Assembly (NCBI RefSeq): GCF_003704095.1
Contig: NW_020843911.1
Location: 62,001-124,318, forward strand
Length of the DNA: 62,318 nucleotides
Direction: 5' to 3'
Source: Pocillopora damicornis
Taxonomy: Eukaryota
The notes under the pieces are model-generated. The model was not told the origin of the DNA. It ran no database searches and saw only the letters and a list, made by a program, of their open reading frames with translations. The first letter of the stretch is position 1. The number at the start of each line of letters is the position of its first letter. The translations under genes and the position numbers were made by a program. Of the stretch, positions 26,301-37,148 are shown piece after piece.

Positions 26301-29300
26301 TGAAAATGTCGGTGTGGGAAAATTTAGATGCAAATGTGACAAAGAGCATACTGGAAACCACTGTCACTTAAGTAAGTGCGTGTGTAAGGAGATGTATGTT
26401 AAGGTGGTATGTAGGCGATCACATCTATTTCTTTGTTCTGATGTGAAAATTGATTCTGATGTAAAGATCATTTCCCTCGTTAGAAATTGACCATTGCAAG
26501 AATCACACTTGTAAAAATGGAGCAAGTTGTCTCGATGGCGATGGAAATTATACATGTGTATGTGGCGATGGCTGGGAGGGCGTCTACTGTGAAAAAGGTA
26601 TTCAAGTGTTTTGTTCTTTAATTTATTGTGTTTACAACTCCATTTATTTTTTTGAAGAGAATCAATTGGACAGGGAAAATCATCTGAAAGAGAATCAGCT
26701 TTTTTCATTGAATCAAGGCCCCAGAAATCGTACGAAGCATATTTTGTTACTGTTTTGAACACTGCCGTACTACACTGCTCCTTTTTTGAGAGAATATGAT
26801 TCAGTCGCCTCATAAAGTCGTTGTAAAATGTTTACGCTATGATTTCCTACTCCTCGTCTTCTGGGAAGCGTTATTTATGTACCAATTTTTTTTTTTATTT
26901 GCAATATCTTACGCTTGTATCTTGTTCACTCTTTCTTTAACAGATATTGATGAGTGTAACTCGAATCCTTGTCGAAATGGCGGGAACTGTACTGACCTAG
27001 TCAACGGATATGTTTGCAAATGTCCCCACCCGTGGAAAGGACAAATGTGTCAATCAAGTAAGAACGTGTGACGTTTTGCATGATAAATAAGATCCGGAAT
27101 TTGAGAATTTCAATTTTTGTTTGTAATTGCTTACACTGGATGTTAATTTTGTTTGAGTGTAATTTAAAATTTCTGTAAAAAATGTCAACAGCAACATCGC
27201 ACTGTGATGGCAATCCTTGTCAAAATGGAGGGTTATGCACCGATACAGGAGACGATTTTCAATGTAGTTGTCAAAACGGATTTTCAGGAAGGATCTGTCA
27301 ATTAGGTAAGACGTTCTACAAGATTTATCATCGTTTTTTATTTTATCGACGTTCTTTGTTTTCTTTGTTTCATTATTTCATTGACATGATTTTTTTAAAA
27401 CTGGTGGTGTATTGAGACTTGTTTTTCAACCACCCGTGGAAAAATGATCGATAACATTGTGATGAATGAGTTTGGACAGCACAGCTCACAACTCCCTTTT
27501 TCGTTGTTTCAAAGAACCCTATTGTTTTGCTAATGAACACCTGTTGTTCTGTTCATTCGTTTTGTGGCTTTATTGTCGTATCACACAAATCAAACGCGGC
27601 AACATGTGCGCTTCAATTGGTCTCCACACATCGCGATCTCTTTTAGAAACCTTCTGTTGCATCTACTCTTGAGTGTTCTTTCAAAGCGTGATCTTTTGAT
27701 TAAAATAAAGGGCGCGTTCCCCAGAACGTGCGCAGCATTTGGAGTATTCTAAACGGATGGAACCGCAAATGCGTGTAATTGAATTTACAATGGCTAATGA
27801 TACGCCTTTCCATTGAGATCATGTTAAGATCTAAATGACGATGTCTGCACATTTTCATTAAGTTCTTGATGTGCCTATTGTTTGTGCCCGATGTTTTCTG
27901 TTACTGACGCAAGTGGAAGCGTGTTTGATGCCATCTCCGGTCCAATTTCATCACAGCGTTTTAAGCTCAATCTTTCAAATTAAAATCACAGCTAAGATGG
28001 TAATCTGCAAATTACACTTGACAAAAATTTTACCATCAAGGTAGCCATGGATTGGGCGACAAACATTCTGTTATTTAGATAAGAAAGTGATTATGGACTA
28101 AATACACAGAGTGCCCATATTTTTTTGGCGTCATAGCTTTAGCTTATAATATTATGTACGGAAACATTTTAGGCACAGCCTGTCGGCCGTTTTTCTTATA
28201 TTGTTTACTGTTTCGGTTCGGAAATGTTAAAAGCTTTCTGAAGTTGAAAAAAAAGTTCAATTAAAATTGCCTTTTAGATAGAGTATTTTTTAAAAGTGGC
28301 AGCACACGTGCGTGATAGTTTGTGTTGTATTGTTTTCCTTTTTGTCTAGCACCCAAGCCCTGCTCGTCCGAACCTTGTCAGAATGGTGCAACTTGTTTGA
28401 ATGCAGGCGATGGAGAGAGTTTTTCGTGTGTCTGCAAAGATGCATGGGAAGGAAACCTGTGTGAGAAGAGTAAGTAGAGCATTGCGCATTTGTGCAATAA
28501 AATTCTGCGTTCTCTCTTGCTCTCTTCTTGTGTTGGAAGTGCACAACTTCCCAACGTTAAGCCTTAGCGCTTGAACATCGGTATCTATATTCTCTATACT
28601 GTTTTACAAACATTTTCTATGTTGCTGACGTGGAGAATTTGCTCACCTATTTAGAACTTACTTACGGAGAATTGAGATGCTAGTAACTCTTGAAAAGAAT
28701 TTGCATTTATAAATCTCTCTACACGCACATATAAACCTGTTTCCCACGCACCCCTGGTAAGCTCAAGAAATGTTATGCTTATATTGGAGGTGCCGAGTTG
28801 AATTAATTTTTCATGGCCTTTGTTCTACTTTTAGATGTCGACGACTGTGCATCCAATCCTTGCCACAATGAAGGCACGTGCATCGATGGTGAGGGCTGGG
28901 TCCTCTGCTCATGCGCGCCCGGATTTACGGGACCAGATTGTAAAATCAACATCAACGAATGTAACTCGTCTCCGTGCAGCGGTGGTGCAACTTGTAAAGA
29001 TAAAATCAACGGCTTTAAATGTATCTGCCCGCCAGGAAAGTTTGGAGATCGTTGCCAAGGTAAGAGTTTGAACAACTTGATAGTTGAAAGCATGGATGGC
29101 CTCATTTGCATGACGTATTGCTTAAGTGAACTTCACTTTCATTTCGTTGTTCCTTAAATAATTTGTTCGAAATTTATTCCATCAGATGACGAACATGATA
29201 AGAAACACTGTAAGCTGAAAGACGGCGGTATTCAGCGTCACAACACCACCGTGCCAAAAGACTGTAACTCGTGTACGTGCCTGTATGGCGTGCTGCACTG

Positions 29301-31142
29301 CACTGGAATTGACTGTGGTGTTCCAAATTGCTTGAATCGTACCCAGGCTGGCAGCTGCCCCACTGGCGCGAAATGCGTGCCTAAGGTGGCGGCGGAGTGC
29401 CTCAGCCCTCCTTGTGGTCGATGGGGAGAATGTCAAGGTGGATCAACTGCCAAGATTATTACCGGAATAAATGAAGGCGCGTGCCTTCCCAATAGTACCT
29501 ATTTGAATGGGGACTGTGCCAAGATTCACATTGTGTTCCAAGTGGATAAGCTTCCCAAGGTCAGTTGAGCAAGGTTTAGTTGTATTTGCTACGGAAGGGT
29601 ATGATGCGGGCTGATTGTTTGAGTTCAAGCCTCGGGAGGGTTAAATAGTTCAGTGTAGTACACGGTAGCCTCTATCGCAGCTGTCGTTTGGTCTCGTTGG
29701 AGGGAGAGCGCGTTGCGTGACGAGACCAAACAACGGTTCTGAAGGAGACTTGCTGCAAAGTAGATCCATGCAAACAACACGGAAATAAGTCCCTGAAGTT
29801 ATAGGCGATGGATTTTCCATCACGATATCAAAGCTCATTCTAAATGTGTTGGATTCTCTTTCAACAGGGAACCCTTGTGGAAGAACTTTGCCATCAGTTG
29901 CGTTATCTACCAATGTTGAAAAAATGGGCAGAGAAGGCAAGACTTCGACTGCTCTGTGAAGGCCGAGGGAAAGACGGATCAACATCAACTGTCATTGTAT
30001 CAGTGGTAAGTGTAACTGTTGTTACCGAAGGATTTTATGAGTTCTCTTTAAGTTTTGTATGTTTTTCTCATAATTTTTTTTAGGCACGCTGGTCAGGCGC
30101 AAACGTTTTATCTTCCTTTCTTTTAGCCAGAAACAGCAGTGCTTAGATATTGTTACTGTCTCTTGCAGGCCAGCACTCCGCGAACGGAAGTAGCTGAAAA
30201 GGCGGCCATTGATATCGCCCGATACATACGGTCCGTGCCATCTGAAAAAGGCCGTGAAATAAATATCACTCTTTACAACGTGCTCATAGCTGTGGATGAA
30301 GTCACTGTGGAAAGATCTGTTTCTCTTTCCTACCACGAAGAGGAAGGTGAGAGATGTAAGAGTGAAGGAAATTCCAGGATAGGACATGACCGACTTAAAG
30401 CGAAGTAAAACGAAACCCAAAGTATAGTCACACGGCCAATCAGAACAATGGATGATATTATTAGTAGGCTATGAAAACATCACGTGCGCGGCAAAACGGG
30501 CGTAATCGAGTGGGTATTGGCTCTAGTTTTTCGTCTGATTGGTTGAGAAGGTGGCGCGAAGTTTTAAGACCAATAACTAAACGTAGTAAGGGATAACCGA
30601 CGTAATTCTAGTTTAATTTTGAAACTCAAGTTCACGTTTTGAAGAAAATTAGTTGAACAACAGCCAACTTACGAGGTCTAACTCCGTTTGTTATTCTCTT
30701 AACAGCCGCACCGGACTACCTCATTCCTTTGATTGCATCACTCGTGGTGTTGGCGGCCATTCTTTTGCTAATACTGTGCATCAGAGGAAAGTGGAGGGAA
30801 AGTAGACGAGCGAAAAGAGAAAATCGTTTAGCTGCAAGGCCTACTTTGAAAAAGAAACGAAATACAACGCAGGAGAAGCCGTTGACTACTGCTAGAACTT
30901 ACTATAATCAGACTTCCACCGAGTCTACGGCGTCTTCGTCGTCGACATCCACGTCGACGCGTTCAACGGAGTTAAGAAACTTTGAATACAATCGGGCGAG
31001 TTTGCTCGACTCCACGCCCTCTGTGTGTTCTACTCCACAAGTTTTGTCCCCGCCCCTCTCCCCCAAGGAGGAAGGCGCTAAAGACGAATGGAGGAGATTT
31101 CGGGTGCAAAGGAACAGTACACAAATAGAAATAATCGTATAA
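17359..31142 (+). CDS. JAG1: Jagged/Serrate-family Notch ligand, 21 coding exons, 1520 aa (SP, C2/MNNL, DSL, 24 EGF, VWC/Cys-rich, TM, ICD)
   Basis: Exons reconstructed by hand, all GT-AG and phase-compatible: 17359-17424, 17548-17862, 21965-22010, 22541-22795, 22902-22962, 23110-23240, 23357-23587, 23688-23798, 24122-24235, 24360-25134, 25541-26028, 26216-26371, 26484-26597, 26944-27057, 27192-27305, 28350-28469, 28835-29059, 29186-29559, 29868-30005, 30169-30346, 30706-31142. Total 4563 nt. Motifs: [29 protein letters not shown]...[13 protein letters not shown]; [52 protein letters not shown]; Jagged-type inserted EGF VIDPC...[10 protein letters not shown]; [23 protein letters not shown]; [23 protein letters not shown]. 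The symbol denotes the Jagged family (co-orthologue of JAG1/JAG2). Confidence 0.95.
28556..28695 (+). mobile_element. Internally deleted copy of MITE family B in Jagged intron 16
   Basis: aacatcggtatctatattctctatactgtt...gctgacgtggagaatttg joined to ggagaattgagatgctagtaactctt. Matches both ends of the 42104-42516 element. Confidence 0.55.
29666..29750. mobile_element. Short hairpin-type MITE in Jagged intron 18
   Basis: Imperfect inverted arms of about 30 bp: agcctctatcgcagctgtcgtttggtctcgt and acgagaccaaacaacggttctgaaggagact. Confidence 0.6.
30395..30640 (-). mobile_element. MITE family C copy in Jagged intron 20
   Basis: Reverse complement of the family C core: cacggccaatcagaac...gcgcggcaaaacg...tctgattggttgagaaggtggcgcga...accaata. 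Confidence 0.7.
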
Positions 31143-33596
31143 GTAATTATTAGTGATTATTATATATCCTTCCATGAATAATTTAAAGAAAGGAATGAAA
31201 CAATTCACACTGTTATTAATTTATTGTACCCACGAAAAAAAAAAGTGTAGCTTTTGAAAGCAATTTTATAACTCCAACAGTTAAAATTCGGCGGCTAGAA
31301 AATTTATTTATCAAAAGACAAATGTTTTTAGGCATCAGTAAATATCTGGTGATGGTTCTGTTGAGAGGCCGACTTGTAAATAATACAACAAGAAAAAAGA
31401 AGTATTTAAATGGTTTTTAACGCTGTAAATATGTAAACAATTAATTTAATATTTAAATGGCCATGTAGTTCGATATGAACGAAGGTGAGTCCAACACATT
31501 ATTGTGTAAAAACGTATACTTCTCAACGATTTAATGTTGGTTCGAGTTAGCTGTTAACAGTTAAGAGTAAGTTTTGAAAAATGCATTTTGTAGCCACATA
31601 GTTTTTTAAAAATAACTTTAAAGATAGGCTGTAGAACAGTTTTCCTTGTTTACTTAACTGTAACCTTCCGTGGGTTTGTTGACAAGGGAAACTTGCCAAA
31701 TTATTTTATATAGAACGAGGCTGCAGGCCACTCCGACTGGAATTTTTCTAAAAGTAAAAGTAAATTTGTTAAAGGTTTCGAATGGCCCTAGAATATTTTT
31801 GTAAATTTTTCAGTTCGGACCCGTCTGTTTGGGCCTGACTTCTAAAACCGCCAAGTTTATAAGCTTACGTTTGGTGTTTTTTTTTTTGTTTATCGTATGA
31901 TTTGTACATCTGCTTATCTGGTCTGCTAAGCCTCGTTATTCTCGCATCTATCTTTCAATATTTGTGTGTTCACTATCCCATAGTAACCGTAGTGTTTCGT
32001 CATTTCATCATAGCTGGTCACGTAAACGTTACGTGACTCACTCTTGGTCACATTCGCATCGCATGGCCTAAATGCATTTAAATTGCTCGAGTATCAAATC
32101 AAGACTATTTCATTTAATAACAGAGTGAAATTATACGAAATGTGAACACACTTTCATGCTTATCTAATACGCAAGGCTTAATCGTAAGTGAAGTCCCGTT
32201 GCTCGTGGAAATCCGAAAAAAAATACGAATGCTTACTAACTCACTAGTGTTTCATTAAAAAAAATACTGACGATTTCTCCTTGCAACGAGATCCGCTTGC
32301 GAATTTATAATGTAGCCATTTGCAGTGCGTTCAATTGTACCTGAGTGCTATATAGAGTATATATTTGCCCGTAAAAACTGACTATAAGCGGCAAAAACTT
32401 GCAGTGCAAAATTCAAACCTACTTAAATAATAATTATTGTTATTATTATTGTAAAATAATTTCAGCCTGGTAAAATGTCAGCTTCTTAACCTTTAATCAA
32501 TCTAAAGTGCCCGCCGGCGCCAACGGTTAAGTTTCTCTCGTTACTCACGAGAGGCTAATTTTTCAAACCTGGCTGCTTAAGTTTGCTTGAGTTCTTGTTC
32601 ATGGCATTAATAAACACAGTTATCGACCATAACTGCCTACTGTACTTACTTGACATTAAAATATAATCAGGAAAGCGAGAAAGTGTGAAGCCTTGGGTTA
32701 ACGTGACATCTGCAAAGGGTTTAGCAAACCCCCAACAAACCCCTCCCCGGCTCGTTTAAAATCTTCTGGGGGCGGAGAAACGTGCATATTGCAGCGCCGA
32801 TGATGAGGGCTTGCTCGCAAGCTACGAAACGCTATTTCCTATCGAATTACATCTTCCCCAAGTACACACATACGTACACTATACGCATATTTTTTCGGGG
32901 TGAGGAGTAGAAACACCAGTTCCTCTGATATCAATATTTCTGCAACTCCTTAAGATAAACTAACAGTCTAACTCAGTCTGCCGAACAGGTTTAACTTTTT
33001 TCCAAGGGCGAGTGGAGGCAAACGTCCGGAGTTGCGCAAGAGGAGCATTATTTTTTATAACATAGCGCGCGTGCTTGCCCTATATAAGCCCTATTGAGCC
33101 GCTATGAACAAAATCTTCATTTACGCACGACCGTGCGTAAATAAGATGATGTGAGCAATGCAATGTTCGCAGCCAACCCGAGTCTTCTGCAGTAGCCATA
33201 ACTGTACGTCAAAATAACAGTGTGGTGGTTGCCTAGGAGAAAACTGCAAGTTTCCTGCAGTCTGCCTTCTCCAATTGTGCCGTGCACGGCAGCGTAAACA
33301 TTATTTTGATCAATCAAAACCCTTTATAACTTCGGGTCTTTGACTTTTAAAACATTTTTTAGTGTCACTTGATTTCATTTGGCTTTGATTTTCTCCATTT
33401 TCCCCGTAGATTTTGTGCTTCTCATTTACTGTTATCGATTGACTGGCTCTAATGTTCATGCTCAAACTAAGTATGAAGTGTGGCGTGTTTTTGACCAGCC
33501 AATAGCGACGTTTGTTTACTTTTTTTTGTGCGTTGTGAGAATTTTGCTCTCTATCGCAATAAAAGGCTTCTTCGCGCAGTTGTCGCTCTGTTATAA

Positions 33597-33788
33597 AAGA
33601 ATTTGCTCATGCTTTTAGCTGTGCGTATATCGAGTTATGGATGCACCTGGGAAGTTTGGAGAGTACTCAAAAAGCTAGAGTTGCGCTCGGTTGCGCCTCG
33701 AGCTACTCTTACGCATTTTCCGTGCCCTCCAAACTTCCCGCGTGTATCCATAACTCGATATACGTACGCTAAGCATGAACAAATTCTT
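33597..33788. mobile_element. Fold-back (palindromic) MITE, about 190 bp
   Basis: Left arm aagaatttgctcatgctt...gcgtatatcgagttatggatgcac...gggaagtttggag pairs with right arm ctccaaacttccc...gtgtatccataactcgatatacg...aagcatgaacaaattctt. Confidence 0.8.
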
Positions 33789-34000
33789 AATTTGCCTTGC
33801 GCTTGTCATATGCTAATCTCGCGCATGTATCGCGCGTACATTTTACTTGCCCTTTGCCCTTCAATGCATGCTAGCCAGGAGAACGCTGAAACGACGCCTG
33901 TTCCGCTGTCTAAGTATAAATTTCACTGCGGGTAAAAAGTCACACCTTGTATGGTCCTCTGCTTATTGCCCTTTCATGACTCACAGGGGATGGGAGACCC

Positions 34001-34008
34001 ACAACAAC

Positions 34009-34042
<34 letters not shown>

Positions 34043-34043
34043 A
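34001..34043 (+). repeat. (CAA)n microsatellite
   Basis: About 14 ACA/CAA units with one interruption. Confidence 0.95.
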
Positions 34044-34649
34044 AAATGTTTTTATTGACTTAATATAGCCTAAATTAAATTATAACAATTATTTGATTAC
34101 AGTGTTGATCAAAATTATTTACTTGATATTAAAATTGTAGTGTTGAGTTGTGAAACTAGGAGGCAAAGTTATAATCAACCAAAGTTTTTCTTGTTATCAT
34201 ATAGCTACCCGGACAGTATTGTTGAAACTGCTAAGCTAAACGTTCTATAATTTTCAACCTTCGCTGATGTATCTTACTCTGCCCAGCCCCTTTCTCGCTT
34301 TCAATTATTGTTGTTTAATACAGAGTCATTTTTCCACGGCAAACACGACCCGGTACATTTAAGAGGAAAATATTAAAAACGCTGACAAGGGAGGTAACGA
34401 ATAATTAATTATAAATGGAGAAGTAAAGCTATCTTAGGCATGCTAGCAATTTGTGTTGATAGTTTTTGCCTTCCAATGCAAGTAGCAAGTAGTTTTGTAC
34501 AGGAATGCACTCCTCGAAACTGTGATACAGAGCTAAACCATACAACGTTAACTTCTTTCTAGACTCCTGCCTCTTTACATAAGTTAAAATCAGTACCCAG
34601 CCCTACTCGGGAAACGTCCCAATATAGCCTGTTATAATAAAAAAAAAAA

Positions 34650-34920
34650 ACAATCAAGTGTCGTTCAATCAAAATCAGAGTAATCACAATGGCCAATCAG
34701 AAGAAAGGAAAATACCTTAAGAGCCAATGAGAACACAAAGTAAAAACAACAAAACTGCCTTAAGCGCGGGAAAACACGGGTGACCAAATTGTGATTGGTT
34801 TAGGTTTGCATTTGATTGGTTGAGATAGTTGGCACAAGTTTTTTGGACCAATCACAGAGAAAAGTAAAGGAAAATTGATGCAATGTCGGATTTACTCTCA
34901 ATATATAAAAAAAACTGCTG
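34650..34920 (-). mobile_element. MITE family C copy
   Basis: taatcacaatggccaatcagaagaaaggaaaataccttaagagccaatgag...aagcgcgggaaaacacgggtgaccaa...tgattggttgaga...ggaccaatcacagag is the reverse complement of the family C core. Confidence 0.8.
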
Positions 34921-36150
34921 TGGTCTATAGGATCGCTAGCCGGTATAAAACCTCAATGTAAACGTTGACACTGAGATAAAAACGATAAGTTAGAGTAGCG
35001 ATACGACTCACCCTTTATATACCCTTTTACGCAGAGTGAAGCAATCGTTTATAAGTCTTTGTTAAAATGTGTGGAAAATTTCCGAAAATTTATGCGAAAT
35101 GCTTTACAAAAGCCTTTTTGATCGGTTGAGTTTTGGATATAAATTAGTGAAATGGGTTTAAAAACCTTTTTCGTTCTCGTTACATTTTAGTTAATTTGCC
35201 ATTTTAGTCAATTTTCATATTGTAAGCGTTTTTATCAATTTTTTAAATATTTCATCTTGTAACAATTGATATGTACTTTTTAACAAACGAATACAAACAC
35301 ATAAGATAAGACATGCCTACTACTCTTGGGTCGGACAAACCGGTAGGACTGGGTCTGAATATTACTGAGTGAAGAGACAAATGTTGGAAGGCTGGGTATG
35401 AGTGCATGGTAAAATGTCCGAACTTATTACTTGCGATCTGTTGTTGGGCATAACTTTGTCATTGTTTGAAACATAGAAACAAAAATTATCCGTGATATTG
35501 TTTGTAACTTCGGATCTTCTCTTCTTGAACGTCTGGTAAGTGACTTCTTGGGTTTGGAGCCATTGTTCGAATTCGCTTGATGCTTAAAATTACTTCGATC
35601 TCGTGGCGTAACCTTCTAAAAGCGTTCTGCACACTTTTGTTAGGTTTTCAGGTATTCATTGTTAATTTTTGGTGTACTTTGATACATATTCTTCCACATT
35701 TATATTTATAATTTGCCTAAATTTTGGTCCAAACTGGTCATCAATGAGTAATATTTCAGAAGAATTCATAAATCAACACGTTACTTTTGACAGAAATCAG
35801 CATGAAATTACACGCGCTACATGCACTGCACACGCTTATTGTTCATGTAGGGTTCGTGAGATAAATTTTATCCCCTCATCAGAATACTACTTGATGCCGT
35901 TTTAAAGGTATTCATTTTTAATTAACCTTAGTGGTAGCCTTTGTTTGAGATCTTACAGTTATATCCAAACAGCAAGCCTTTAGCCCAACCCATCCTGGCA
36001 CTGTAAGGAGAAGCTATATTTTATTTATATTTTTCGTTGCTTGAAAAAGAGATAATAACGATCATTTCACCTGTTGCCAAATTCCTCCTGTAATTGATAG
36101 CCTGTGCATAAGGGACTGTGGAGTTGGATAGTTGGGGTCTGCAATATCTT

Positions 36151-36250
36151 NNNNNNNNNNNNNNNNNNNNNNNNNNNNNNNNNNNNNNNNNNNNNNNNNN
36201 NNNNNNNNNNNNNNNNNNNNNNNNNNNNNNNNNNNNNNNNNNNNNNNNNN
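36151..36250. other. Assembly gap (100 N)
   Basis: Run of 100 n, a placeholder of unknown true length. Confidence 0.99.
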
Positions 36251-36363
36251 ACTGAATTGAAACCCCAAAGAACATTTTCAAACTGGAAACATTCTTTTGT
36301 CTTTTTCAGTTCAATGCCATTTGGTAGAAATGCACACTGAATAAGGCAAATAATAAAGCACTA

Positions 36364-36834
36364 ATGGAGACTACAGTATGGTTCCTGTTACTCATTTTCT
36401 TTTGGTTGAGGCTTACATCTTGTGAATACGTCATCCAGACTTTTGATGGAGAAATTGGAGCAGGAAATTTTACTTATTTTACATTGAAGAAAGAAGGAGA
36501 AGTAACATTAATCCTTGAGAGCATAGAGGGTGATGCCGATATATATGTTTCACAAGAGAATCTCAAGCCTGATTTTGAAAATTACGATCTCAAGTCAGCA
36601 ACTTGCGGTGAAGACATTGTTACAATTCCAAGTACTTATAAGAGACCTATTGGAATCTCAGTGTTTGGCCATGTATATGCCCCTACCACTAGATACACTA
36701 TGAAAGTCTTAATGGACTATTCATCTGGAGATGAGAGTGAAAGATATCATAGTGAAACTGATGAGCCAGAGGAATCACTTATTTGGACAGTGTTTGTCAA
36801 CATTTTAAAGCTTATTCTGGAGATTCTTCTGTGA
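36364..36834 (+). CDS. C6orf120: UPF0669 protein C6orf120 homologue, 156 aa, single coding exon
   Basis: Signal peptide followed by GEIGAGNFTYF, GDADIYVS, YDLKSATCGED, RPIGISVFGH and C-terminal EESLIWTVFVNILKLILEILL. These match the recalled family motifs GQIGAGNYSY, GDADLYVS, YELQSATCG, RPVGIGVYGH and [21 protein letters not shown]. Confidence 0.93.
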   Translation: METTVWFLLLIFFWLRLTSCEYVIQTFDGEIGAGNFTYFTLKKEGEVTLILESIEGDADIYVSQENLKPDFENYDLKSATCGEDIVTIPSTYKRPIGISVFGHVYAPTTRYTMKVLMDYSSGDESERYHSETDEPEESLIWTVFVNILKLILEILL

Positions 36835-37148
36835 ACATTGAAGGTTACCTTTCACATGAACAGAAATTATTGTTATAGGTCTTGAGGTACGTTAATTTAT
36901 AAATGCTTCTTTTATTGAATCAGTTCACTGCAGCTGTATGACCATATGTCATGACTTCAGTTGGAGAGAGGGCATTTTTGCCAACAGAAAAAGACTGTTA
37001 AAAAACCATACAATGAAGTAAGCTTTTTACAATTTTTGGTCTATGTAAAATTACTAAAAGATGGACATTTGTTTAGTTCAAAACTGGACATTTTCAATGA
37101 TTTGGGTTAGAAATCATTAGCTTATGGTGTAAGTATTTGAGCATGTTG

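Noticed and set aside
27027-27442. 13-bp match ccacccgtggaaa between exon 14 and intron 15
   Set aside because: Too short and unsupported by flanking similarity. Probably chance.
17458-31142. Treating the separate EGF, VWC and TM ORFs as several genes, or as the Notch receptor
   Set aside because: They splice in phase into one ORF with MNNL and DSL domains. No LNR or ankyrin repeats are present.
32017-32037. Palindrome gtcacgtaa-acg-ttacgtgac downstream of Jagged
   Set aside because: A 9-bp stem alone cannot be assigned a function. It is not a terminator in a eukaryotic context.
36021-36340. ORFs containing X runs
   Set aside because: Artefacts of translating through the 100-N gap.
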